64,000 bases of DNA from NCBI GenBank assembly GCA_958296135.2, contig CATQHZ020000001.1, positions 4,947,779-5,011,778 on the forward strand, written 5' to 3'. Made by a program: the position numbers and the translations under genes. The stretch comes from an uncultured Poribacteria bacterium. GTDB taxonomy: Bacteria; Poribacteria; WGA-4E; WGA-3G. Each line of letters begins with the position of its first letter. Position 1 is the first letter of the stretch. Shown one piece after another: positions 29,794 to 39,099 of the stretch. The notes beneath the pieces are model-generated. The model made no database searches. It was not told the DNA's origin and worked only from the letters and a program-made list of their open reading frames with translations.

Positions 29794-30384
29794 ATGAGCA
29801 CACAACAAATTCACCACGCGGCAGTGGGCATCCAACCCACACCAACCGCGCAGGAACCCCTCTCCCTGCCTGCGATGACCTTGGAAGAATTCCTTGAAAG
29901 CGATTTAGAGGGATACGAATATGTTAAAGGAGAATTAATACCGATGCCCCCTACCTCAGGCGAACACGGCGATATTAGCACTAACATTGATTGGTATTTG
30001 CAGGTGCATGTCCGAGAGAATCAATTGGGCCGGGTCTATCTACCCGACACAGGGTTTCGTATAGGCGAGCGCGTGCTGATACCCGACATCGCGTTTCTCT
30101 CAAACGCGCGGCTGCCAGAAGAACGGCGCAAGGCGTTTGAAATCCCGCCGGATTTGGCGGTAGAGGTAGTCTCCCCATCGGACGCGCAGTTTCGGATTGT
30201 CCAAAAGGTGCTGAACTACTTGGATGCCGGCACGCAACTCGTCTGGGTAATTGAACCAGTGGCGAAAACGGTGACAGTCTATCGTTCCGAAACCGACATC
30301 ACGCTGCTCACGCGCGAAGACACGCTAACCGGTGAAGAGGTAGTACCGGGATTTTCGTGTGAAGTCGGGGAACTTTTCGAGTGA
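29794..30384 (+). CDS. Uma2 family endonuclease-like protein, copy 2
   Basis: Tandem near-identical duplicate at a 767-bp offset. Confidence 0.92.
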   Translation: MSTQQIHHAAVGIQPTPTAQEPLSLPAMTLEEFLESDLEGYEYVKGELIPMPPTSGEHGDISTNIDWYLQVHVRENQLGRVYLPDTGFRIGERVLIPDIAFLSNARLPEERRKAFEIPPDLAVEVVSPSDAQFRIVQKVLNYLDAGTQLVWVIEPVAKTVTVYRSETDITLLTREDTLTGEEVVPGFSCEVGELFE

Positions 30385-30437
30385 TTTTGTATGGGCGCAA
30401 AGCGTCCCATCAGAACTGTTGGGGCAATCGCGTGGCA

Positions 30438-30606
30438 CGGCGGGGGCCAGTGGACATCTCTGCTGGAAAACCCGCTGCGGTCGACGGCGTAGGCGGGTTT
30501 GCGAAAGCCAAACCCGCCGAAGATGCGTCATTCGGCTTTGCGAATGACGCTGCGCCGTCGACCGAAGAGATGACAGACTGAAGGCGTAACGGCCCCCGCC
30601 CTACGG
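30438..30606 (-). repeat. Nested multi-branch REP-derived palindrome between convergent genes
   Basis: Outer GGCGGGGGCC..GGCCCCCGCCCTAC stem enclosing CATCTCT/AGAGATG, CGGTCGACGGCG/CGCCGTCGACCG and two inner hairpins. Confidence 0.8.
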
Positions 30607-30625
30607 TGAAAGGGGGCGGTTGACA

Positions 30626-32050
30626 TCACACCTCCGCACGAACAAAGACAAGATAGGCACCCGACAGCAACACCACTAGAAACAGAAGCAACAGCAAAAA
30701 ATCCATCGCCGCGGCATTGAAATCACGGCTGAGGCTGAGTGTATCTGCAAATTTCGGAATCGCCTCCGGCGGGACGCTTCGTTCCGACATCCCCTCGCTG
30801 ATGCCCAAGATATGTAGACTCCCCGGGTCGGCTCTATCCATATCCGCGACGAATTGGCGGTAATGGCGCGCATACCGCCGCACATTTTCTAGGAACTGCT
30901 GATGCCGTTCAAACCCCGTGCCCGCGAAGGCTTCAAACAGCTGCGACACAATCGCGGCGGGAGAAAGGCGAGTCATCGCGCGCGCACGTCTGCCCTGCGC
31001 CAACTGCTGGCTGAGATAGTCATCGTTGAAGCGTTCAAACCGTACCGCATCCGTCTGCACATATTCTCCCCACAGCTGCAATTCTCTATAGGCGCGCGTG
31101 CCCGGGCGCGCGTTCTTTTCAGGCGGACGCAACTGGTATCGTTCCACGTATGCCTTCTTGTTCTCCTTCGGGATGTGCAGCCTGCGCCGCCAGAATTCGT
31201 TGTAGTCCACCGGCGCATTCGTGGCACCGCGGAGTGCCGCCAATGTGCTAGGCATAAAGACAACGAAGCAGACCCAGGTGAACAACAAGATGACAAGACT
31301 CACGCCGCTCTCTCGCACGCGGGCGGAAATGAGGAGCCCAAGCGCAATAAAAAGCGACGTATAGAGGACAGCGATGCCGCATAAGAGAGCCAAACGGCCC
31401 CACTCTTCCGCGCCGAGTTGCACGGCACTTGAGGTAGAAATCACCAGCAAATTCATCACAACAGCGAGCGCGAATGGAATGAGAATGCTGAGAAAAACAC
31501 CGAAGAACTTGCCCATTAAAACGGTGTGCCGCGGTATAGCATTCGCAAGCATTAAGCGCAAAGTGCCGCGTTCACGTTCGCCGGCGATAGCATCAAAGGT
31601 AAACAGAATCGCAATGAAACTGAGCACATAGCCGACGATGAACGCCCAATCTATCTGCGTGAAATCGGGGCGGATATTGAGCAGATTCGGGTTCTCTTGA
31701 GGATACGTGAGCCGCCATATAGGCATTTCTCCATCAACCCAATTGTGTCCTTCAGCGAGTTTTGGCAAAAAATTCTCGCTACCGTCAGCACAGAACTGGA
31801 GAAGTGACGGTTTCTTGTAAAGATGCCGCGGGCCCTCTGAAGCGAGGCGATAGAGGCTGCTGCCGCGCGCGTTCAGTTCCTTCGTAGCGCGCGCGACGTT
31901 GTCATGGTATGCCTGCGTCCGCTTCGGATGTTCATGCAGATGCACCGCGGCGTTAGTGAGCATCAGCGCGATGAGCAGCACCGTCGTTAAAGCAAAGCGG
32001 AGGCTATTCAGATTATCGTAAAGGTCGCGTCTCGCAATGTGCCAAACCAT
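30626..32050 (-). CDS. ABC-2 type transporter permease (type B, paralog of 15074..16585)
   Basis: 'MVWHIARRDLYDNLNSLRFAL', 'FDAIAGERERGTLRLMLAN'; start may be 32050 or 32062. Confidence 0.9.
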   Translation of the reverse strand: MVWHIARRDLYDNLNSLRFALTTVLLIALMLTNAAVHLHEHPKRTQAYHDNVARATKELNARGSSLYRLASEGPRHLYKKPSLLQFCADGSENFLPKLAEGHNWVDGEMPIWRLTYPQENPNLLNIRPDFTQIDWAFIVGYVLSFIAILFTFDAIAGERERGTLRLMLANAIPRHTVLMGKFFGVFLSILIPFALAVVMNLLVISTSSAVQLGAEEWGRLALLCGIAVLYTSLFIALGLLISARVRESGVSLVILLFTWVCFVVFMPSTLAALRGATNAPVDYNEFWRRRLHIPKENKKAYVERYQLRPPEKNARPGTRAYRELQLWGEYVQTDAVRFERFNDDYLSQQLAQGRRARAMTRLSPAAIVSQLFEAFAGTGFERHQQFLENVRRYARHYRQFVADMDRADPGSLHILGISEGMSERSVPPEAIPKFADTLSLSRDFNAAAMDFLLLLLFLVVLLSGAYLVFVRAEV

Positions 32051-32199
32051 GATGATACCCAATTCCTCTCTGCAGTTCGGGATTCGTCGCGGACGAAAAA
32101 CTTAACGCCAGAAACGCAGCATGCAACAACGGCGCATGCGGTGCTACGTCAAGAAACGTGATGACACGGAATCCCTCATCGAACGCTTTGCGCCAATAC

Positions 32200-33711
32200 T
32201 TAAACCTCGCGCCGAATGAAAACCAACAGGATACCCATAAACAGCGCGACGTTCACCAAAAACAGGAGCAACATATCGGGCAACGCGCGCTTTGCATGCA
32301 TTAGGACATCGCTACGCTCAAAGGAGAAACGCGGCAAGGCGCGCCAGTCAACCTTCCTTTCTTCCACGAAAAACCATTGTTGTGAGGCGAACATATCCCG
32401 CGCATAGAAATAGTCAATCACTTGCAGACGATAACGTCTCACGGCGGCAAAAAACGCTTGCATGCCGCCCAAGTCTGTGCCAGCCCACGCCTGCGCCGCC
32501 GAGTCGAACATGCCCACCGGTGAGAGTTTGAGCCACAATCTATCCATCACCGCTTGCCGGACGAAAACATCGTCAAGCACCGGCTTTCGGATACGCCACG
32601 TCCTCTCCGCCGCACGGATAGTCAGCGGTTCCATAAAAACGTAATAGCGTTTGACGAGTGGAATGTGCTTCTCAAAGGCCGGCGGCACATCCGAAAGCAC
32701 GGTGGTGTGCTCTGTATCATAGTAGGCAAGGAGCATTGCATCGACATCGGCATGAAACCAAAGTTCCCAAACACCTTCAAAATTCGGCGCATCCGGATCG
32801 ACACCTTCGCGCTTCAGGAACTGCTCCCGCTCCCGCTTCAATTCGTCCCAGATCTGTTGGATTTGATTTTTGGCGGATTGCACGCGCGCCTGCACGCGCG
32901 CCGGTGTCACGAACGGAGCATGGGCAGCACGGATGAGGTTTGGATAGACAAGCACGAGAAAGCCCCACACGAACATCGCGAGCATCAAGGCGGTGTTCGC
33001 ACGGCGCGTCACGGTGGAAATGAACAACCCGAGCAGGTAAAACAGCGACAGATACGCAAACGCAGCAAGCACAATCCCGCCAATGCGCACAAAATCGTTT
33101 GCCTTAACAGAAATCGAGGCAGATGTCGTGAGCAAAAGCGTCGCGAGCAGTAGACTGATGAGCAGCGGAACGAGCAGACACGTCATCGCACTGAACCACT
33201 TGGCGAGCAGGATATGGCCGCGCCGGACCGGCTGCGCGAGGACGAGACGTAAGGTGCCGCGTTCACGTTCGCCGGCAATCGCATCGTAAGCGAAGATGAG
33301 CCCCAGCAGGCTGAGCACGACTTCAAAAATGAAGACAATGTCAATCGACGAAAAGAACGCCAAGAACGGGTTATCTGTGCCGTGCATTTCGGCATCCCAC
33401 AGCGACGGCACAAACCCGTGATACACACCGATGAGGTTGCCAACCCGTTTGTCTAAACCGACGTTGAAAATGCTGAGCGGATTCGGGGCCCTATCCACAA
33501 ACAGCATGTAGTCAGAATAGGCTTTCGCCTCGCGCAACTGGTTTTGGTGCCGTTTGACAGAGGCGTGGTAACTTCCTAACCGGTGCTCGTAGTCCTGAAT
33601 CAGCACCGCCGTATTTGCGACAACAAGAAGCAACGTGATGAAAAGTGCCGCCGAGAACCGGAACGTCATGAGGTTGTTGAGCAGTTCTCTGCGGATGAGG
33701 ATGGGTAACAT
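32200..33711 (-). CDS. ABC-2 type transporter permease (type A, paralog of 13408..14889)
   Basis: 'FAYDAIAGERERGTLRLVLAQPVRRG', 'LKLSP...AWAGTD'. Confidence 0.9.
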   Translation of the reverse strand: MLPILIRRELLNNLMTFRFSAALFITLLLVVANTAVLIQDYEHRLGSYHASVKRHQNQLREAKAYSDYMLFVDRAPNPLSIFNVGLDKRVGNLIGVYHGFVPSLWDAEMHGTDNPFLAFFSSIDIVFIFEVVLSLLGLIFAYDAIAGERERGTLRLVLAQPVRRGHILLAKWFSAMTCLLVPLLISLLLATLLLTTSASISVKANDFVRIGGIVLAAFAYLSLFYLLGLFISTVTRRANTALMLAMFVWGFLVLVYPNLIRAAHAPFVTPARVQARVQSAKNQIQQIWDELKREREQFLKREGVDPDAPNFEGVWELWFHADVDAMLLAYYDTEHTTVLSDVPPAFEKHIPLVKRYYVFMEPLTIRAAERTWRIRKPVLDDVFVRQAVMDRLWLKLSPVGMFDSAAQAWAGTDLGGMQAFFAAVRRYRLQVIDYFYARDMFASQQWFFVEERKVDWRALPRFSFERSDVLMHAKRALPDMLLLFLVNVALFMGILLVFIRREV

Positions 33712-33730
33712 GTTTTTATTGACGGTGCTT

Positions 33731-34172
33731 TCATCCGGCCTTCACGCCGTAGGGCGGGGGCCCGGCGATCGCGAATCGCCGAGGGTTTCCCCCGCCATGC
33801 TCAACATCGCGAACAACCCCGCGCCCTACGGGGAAGAGGAAAAAGGCCTCGGTAGATCAGCAACGCGAGGGACAGGCCCTCGCGCTACGGGGCAATGAAC
33901 CGGCGCTTTCATCCGGCCTTCACGCCGTAGGGCGGGGGCCCGGCGATCGCGAATCGCCGAGGGTTTCCCCCGCCATGCCCAACATCGCGAACAACCCCGC
34001 GCCCTACGGGCAAATGAACCAGCACTTTACTCCCAACATCGCGAACAACCCCGCGCCCTACGGGCAAAAAACCCGGTGCTTCACGCCGTAGGGCGGGGGC
34101 CCGGCGATCGCGAATCGCCGAGGGTTTCCCCCGCCATGCCCAACATCGCGAACAACAGACTCTCGCGCTACG
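33731..34172. repeat. BIME/REPIN-like array, three units with expanded-loop REP
   Basis: GTAGGGCGGGGGCCCGGCGATCGCGAATCGCCGAGGGTTTCCCCCGCC three times with inverted partners. Confidence 0.85.
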
Positions 34173-34192
34173 GTTCAACGCATCAGGAGCAT

Positions 34193-35641
34193 TTACTTCA
34201 CATCGCTTTTCAAAAACGAAACCAGCGCGACAATAAAGAACAGCGCACTAAACAGAACCAACAACCCAACGGGCAGCAGCACGCTTTCATACGAGAGTGC
34301 CTCCTGAAACTGCGGCACAGCGGCCGGATTCACCGGTTTTTGTGACAACCCCTCTTTCACGGGATAGATATGCAGACTCGCCGAGTCGCTCCTATCCTCT
34401 GTCTTGACGAAATCGGTGAACGTCTGCCGATAGCGGCGCGCTTGTCGGACGAAATTCATGTAACTCACAACACCTGTGTTTGCGAGTCCCTCCATCGCAT
34501 ATTGAAAGCACGCTATCGGCGAGAGCTGCGTCAAGTCACCAGCCAATTGCACTTGTCGAAACTGCCGGTCGAGGTGCTCATCGGCAAACCGAGTTTTCGT
34601 TGCAACTTCTTTGGTGAAGAATTCTGCCCATTGGCGAGTCGCTTCCGGATCTTCGGTAGAGGCGGCTTTTGCTAATTTGCCTTTGTTATCAAACGGCTCA
34701 TAGTCGTCCCGAATCTGCTTCAACTGCTTCTCTTTTTGCAGGGAGACTTCGTCCACGGAGGGAATCGGGTTCAGATTGCCGACAAAGGTACCGAGCAGAC
34801 TTGGAAACACAAACGCTAAGCACACCCAAGTTAACAGCAGCCAGACCAGGCTCGTCACCGCGTTGGTGACGCGACTGGAGACAAACAGCCCGAGGAAGAT
34901 AAAGTTGGAGACATGCAGCGCAAAGAGCCCTACCATGCCGAGCAGGCGCAGCCAGTCACTGCCATCAAGCGGTATACTCCCGGTGAGGAGGATAACAATC
35001 AGGTTCATCAGAATGCCGATGGCGAGCGGCACCATGAGCGTCACAAACGCGCCGAGGTATTTTCCCAACAGCACTTGGGCGCGGGAGACTTGATTGGACA
35101 TGATCAGGCTCAGCGTGCCGCGCGCCCGTTCCCCGGCGATAGCATCAAACGTGAACAAGATGGTAAAGAAACTCAGCAGCACCCCGATGAACACCCAGTC
35201 GATTTTGATGCGTTGTGTTGAACTGCTGTCACTGTCCAACGAATATTCCAACACCCACGGGCCGCTCCACTTGTAGTTATACTCCTTCCGGCTATCACCG
35301 CTTCGGCTGGAGCTACCGGAAACCTGCATGCGGACCCTGCCCGGTATCAGTTCATCCGTGCCATCAGCGCAGAATGTCAGGCGACTCGGCCGTTTCGGCA
35401 TAGTACCGGGGCCTTCCATCGCTAACTTCGCGAGACTCTCCCCGGCGATGGTTTGAAGCCGCGTCTGCCGCTTCTTGAGTTCATTGTGATAGGTATCGTT
35501 TCGCGCCGGATACCCATTTTCGCCTAACCCGTAGATAAGCGCGTTCGCTACCATAAGCAGCGGCAGCAGGATGAGGGTCAGCGCGAACCGCAGCGTCGTC
35601 AGGTTATGATAAATCTCTTTCTTCGCAATATGCCAAATCAT
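34193..35641 (-). CDS. ABC-2 type transporter permease (type D, paralog of 21146..22591)
   Basis: 'MIWHIAKKEIYHNLTTLRFAL'; C-terminal third almost identical to its paralog. Confidence 0.9.
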   Translation of the reverse strand: MIWHIAKKEIYHNLTTLRFALTLILLPLLMVANALIYGLGENGYPARNDTYHNELKKRQTRLQTIAGESLAKLAMEGPGTMPKRPSRLTFCADGTDELIPGRVRMQVSGSSSRSGDSRKEYNYKWSGPWVLEYSLDSDSSSTQRIKIDWVFIGVLLSFFTILFTFDAIAGERARGTLSLIMSNQVSRAQVLLGKYLGAFVTLMVPLAIGILMNLIVILLTGSIPLDGSDWLRLLGMVGLFALHVSNFIFLGLFVSSRVTNAVTSLVWLLLTWVCLAFVFPSLLGTFVGNLNPIPSVDEVSLQKEKQLKQIRDDYEPFDNKGKLAKAASTEDPEATRQWAEFFTKEVATKTRFADEHLDRQFRQVQLAGDLTQLSPIACFQYAMEGLANTGVVSYMNFVRQARRYRQTFTDFVKTEDRSDSASLHIYPVKEGLSQKPVNPAAVPQFQEALSYESVLLPVGLLVLFSALFFIVALVSFLKSDVK

Positions 35642-35814
35642 CCTTTCCTCCTTCGCAATGCATTTGATTCGCGTTGTTGGTGCAATAACGTTCGCTTACG
35701 TTAGCCATCATACTGACTACGTTCCTGGCACTAATGCTTTTCGGGACATCGCGCCTACAATTCATAGCGAAGGAACGAGAGATATGCCGCCATGAACAGG
35801 ATAAGGTTCCATGC

Positions 35815-37254
35815 CTATAAGATAAACATATCGCCTTGCGCGCGAGCGAGACTCTCCGTGAGGGAGAGACGGCGGTGTTTAAAAACAGGCATACCCGTAA
35901 AATCCGCCTTGCCCTGGTCATCGGAGAACCACTGGCGCGAGGAAAACGCCTCTTTATCGGTGAGGTAGTCGACAATCTGCCGCTTATAGGTTCGCGTGCC
36001 TTTGATGAAATCGTTCGCGCCCGCCCGGTCGGTGCCGGCTATCGCGCCGATGGCGAAGGTGTACGCGTCGGCGAATGAAATGCGGGCGATGGCATCAGCG
36101 AGTTGCGCGTTGCGCTCCCGGTCTTCGCTTGGTTTCTTGAGTAGCGCCTCCACTCTGTCGGCATAGCGAATGCGAAGCGGTTCTTGCCAGCCCAGAAATT
36201 CCTGATATCTGGACGTATCCGCAACGTCAAGACTGTTCGGCACCCATTTCTCTTTCAAGAATACGGGGCTAGAGCCGGAGGAAGAGCTGCCCCCAGTGCG
36301 CTTTGTATCCGGCGGATAGGAAACGGTATCCAGCGGGTCCTCGTGGCCGAGTCTTTTGAGATACCGGTCGCGCTCTTGCTTGAAATCTTCCCACAACTGC
36401 CTGGCTTCGGAAATCGCCAGCGGCTCCACCGGATGCGGCGGAAACTTCTCCACAGCAAACGTCGCAAGGTTGGAATGCACAATCGTCAGCAGCACCCAAA
36501 GAAACATGGAGAGGATCAGTGTCGTCGCGGCTTCTTTCGTCCAGATGGACAGGAGGAGCCCGACGAGATACCACGTCGAGACATACAACAGCGAGACGAC
36601 AAGCATCACACCCATGCGCCCCATATCGGCACCGTCAAAATCGGTTGCAGGAGAGGCTTGCGCGAGAAGCAGCGCAACCAGAAAACTAATAACAACGATG
36701 GGAATAAGCGAAAGCATGCCGCCAAGGTATTTCCCGAGCACCAGCGTATCCCTCGGAATCGCATTGGACAGCACCAGTTTTAACGTGCCATCTTCCCTTT
36801 CTCCAGAAATGGTGTTGTAAGCGAACAGAATCGCCAACGCGCTCAGCACGATTTTGAACACGAAAATAACATCGACGGTGAGGAACCGCGCCAGAAAGGG
36901 GTTATCCGAACCCAGTTTCCGCGCATCTGAGCTATCGCGCCATACCGGTACGGGAAGCGCGATGCTGATGGCATTGGCACCGACGTTCTCCATCCCGACG
37001 TGAAAGATGCCGAGGGAATTCGGCTTTCGGTGCGCCTTCGGATTGATGTCAAAGTAGAGGTTCCACCCTTCCTCTTCTCCCTGTGCCTCCCGCACGGCGG
37101 TGTGATATGCCGTGAACCGTTTTTCGTAATCGTCCACTTGCACCAACACGGCGACACCGGTCGCGAGCAAGCAGACCAGAAATCCGATGATGAAGCGGGC
37201 CGTCAACACATTGGAGACGCACTCTCGGCGGATAATGAGCCAAAGCATTTGCAT
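35815..37254 (-). CDS. ABC-2 type transporter permease (type C, paralog of 19409..20956) with premature TAG in the last TM helix
   Basis: ATG 37254 with AAGGAGG RBS; homology continues in frame past the TAG to a second stop at 35755. Confidence 0.85.
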   Translation of the reverse strand: MQMLWLIIRRECVSNVLTARFIIGFLVCLLATGVAVLVQVDDYEKRFTAYHTAVREAQGEEEGWNLYFDINPKAHRKPNSLGIFHVGMENVGANAISIALPVPVWRDSSDARKLGSDNPFLARFLTVDVIFVFKIVLSALAILFAYNTISGEREDGTLKLVLSNAIPRDTLVLGKYLGGMLSLIPIVVISFLVALLLAQASPATDFDGADMGRMGVMLVVSLLYVSTWYLVGLLLSIWTKEAATTLILSMFLWVLLTIVHSNLATFAVEKFPPHPVEPLAISEARQLWEDFKQERDRYLKRLGHEDPLDTVSYPPDTKRTGGSSSSGSSPVFLKEKWVPNSLDVADTSRYQEFLGWQEPLRIRYADRVEALLKKPSEDRERNAQLADAIARISFADAYTFAIGAIAGTDRAGANDFIKGTRTYKRQIVDYLTDKEAFSSRQWFSDDQGKADFTGMPVFKHRRLSLTESLARAQGDMFIL

Positions 37255-37610
37255 AAACAGACCTCCTTTCACTTGTCCTCAAACAGTATGTCTGATTCGT
37301 CTTGCGAGCAGGGAGCAACTCACCCGTGGATTCCCACCGACGCAGCGTCTCCCTGGTAGTGCCAAGTCACTCAGCAACCTCACCCATCTTGACCTTTATG
37401 TTTTGCATATACCTATATTATACGACATTTTTATAGATACTGCGCATTAAAATTGCACTTGATGCAGCGCCTCACCGATATCCTGCGATGTGCCTAGGCT
37501 ATTCCGACCGGCACCGAGCCCCGCGACATACCGCAAGCACGCCATTACCTGGTCTCGTAGGCACATGAGGCATCGAGACCAGGAGGTCTCTCCTACAAGC
37601 AAGCACGCCA

Positions 37611-38456
37611 TTACCTAGTCTCGTAGGTGGCTCTCCTGCGTTTCATATCGCCCCAAGTGGTGGCGGCCTTGTCTCTCGGCGAAACCGAGAGAAGGTGGCC
37701 CTTCAGGACTGTGCGGATTTCTGCTTGGGTGAGCACGCGGTGCCAGATGGCAACTTCGTCAATCGCACCTTTGTCAAAGGCAAACTGCAGGCGGTCCTTG
37801 GCACATCCAATCCGCAGGGCTTGGTTATTGCCATCAGCGGGAACCTCGGTGGGAGGAAAACCAAACTCTTGACCGTCGAAGAAGACTTCGCCATCAAGAT
37901 ACATTTTCATAAACGCACCATCATAGGTGCCGACAACGTGATGCCACGTTTTGTTTTCCATCTTTGGAAGGACCCCGCTGGAGCTCGTTCGACCGCCGGG
38001 GGTGCCCAAAATCATCACGAGAACGGTGCCCTTTAAGTGCCCAAGGTCCCAGTCTGCGTCCTCCACTTGGAAGACGGCCATGCCGTAGGCCTGCAAGCCC
38101 ACCTTCGCGGCATAGACGCCTTTTTCAAACCAGTAGCCCGAGCCCTCCGTCCAATTGTCCCGAGAAATCCATGCGCTCAGGGTTATCTCACCGTTGATGT
38201 TCAGCGCGTCCGCAGCAGGAAGCGTGACGCAGTCCTCCGTCACGGCGGCACTCTGAATTGCATCCCCATATTTGCCTCGGACAAACTGGGGGTTGCCGAC
38301 AATCTCCGCATCCAACCCGTTGCCGGATGCATCAAGAATCATCTCGCGTTTCACGTTGTCAAAGGTGAGATAAACGTCGAGGGCTTCATCCAGTCCCGCT
38401 GTGGCAGAGAGAACCGTGAAGAGTCCAACGATAAAAATAAATGCGATGCGTATCAT
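37611..38456 (-). CDS. LamG-like jellyroll domain secreted protein
   Basis: Signal peptide, 'ITLSAWI', 'WHHVVGTYDG', 'GAIDEVAIWHRVLT', C-terminal 'SVSPRDKAATTWGDMK'. Confidence 0.9.
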   Translation of the reverse strand: MIRIAFIFIVGLFTVLSATAGLDEALDVYLTFDNVKREMILDASGNGLDAEIVGNPQFVRGKYGDAIQSAAVTEDCVTLPAADALNINGEITLSAWISRDNWTEGSGYWFEKGVYAAKVGLQAYGMAVFQVEDADWDLGHLKGTVLVMILGTPGGRTSSSGVLPKMENKTWHHVVGTYDGAFMKMYLDGEVFFDGQEFGFPPTEVPADGNNQALRIGCAKDRLQFAFDKGAIDEVAIWHRVLTQAEIRTVLKGHLLSVSPRDKAATTWGDMKRRRATYETR

Positions 38457-38620
38457 TGAGATTTCCTCCTAAACTTACGGCTGCACCTGAAAATAGCGCA
38501 GGGAAAATATGCACCGGGACAGTCCCAATGCAACAGAAATAGCCCGCCACGCGAAGTGCGCGCGCGGGGGTGAAGGCATGACGACGACAAACCCCGCCGC
38601 TGCCCTATTTGGTATAAAAC

Positions 38621-38797
38621 TTAACAAAACATAAGTAAGGGGGGGGTCGAGCCTACTTTTCTGTCGTCAAGGTGAACGGAAACGCGTGACAGCGCGACGA
38701 AGGGACCGGACGCACACTGGGGGTGCTGCGTCCCGCGAGGCCCAAGCCGGTCTGCGGTAACCTGTTTAGCAATGGAGTTAAGCATTCGCTGGTTCAC
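38621..38797 (-). CDS. Putative 58-aa leader peptide (uORF), homolog of 19109..19252
   Basis: GTG start with GAGGA SD; 'VNQRMLNSIAKQ...RGTQHPQCASGPFVALSRV...TPPLLMFC'. Confidence 0.6.
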   Translation of the reverse strand: MNQRMLNSIAKQVTADRLGPRGTQHPQCASGPFVALSRVSVHLDDRKVGSTPPLLMFC

Positions 38798-38872
38798 TTG
38801 TGTCGTTCCTCGTTCTGTCTGTTTCTCTGGCGGCGGCGCGATTTTTCGCGCGCACCGTCGTGTTTGCAACTT

Positions 38873-38901
38873 ATAATACACGAAATTGCAAAGAATGTCA
38901 A
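38873..38901 (-). promoter_or_regulatory. Sigma70 promoter for the minus-strand leader/LamG/permease arm
   Basis: TTGACA (38901-38896), 17 bp, TATTAT (38878-38873). Confidence 0.7.
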
Positions 38902-39099
38902 CTTATTCTACGGAAAATCTGAAAACAGTGGTTTTCCGCGACATGTCTATGAATTTTAGCAGCAATCGCGAGAAATGTCAAACATTTTTTCATTGTTCTG
39001 CAAGTTGATACGGGCGGATATGGCAATCCTCCCTGACACGCACCGCGCGTGCCCGCTTGCCGAAAATGCCCCCTTAATTACTGAAACTTCAGATGTGGA

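Noticed and set aside
29027-30384. Diversity-generating retroelement (TR/VR pair) explaining the Uma2 or HEAT-protein variation
   Set aside because: Differences are not restricted to adenines, both copies are full genes, and no reverse transcriptase is in the window.
35815-35817. Pyrrolysine or recoded TAG
   Set aside because: TAG terminates many ordinary genes in this window and no pyl genes are visible; a point mutation or error is simpler.
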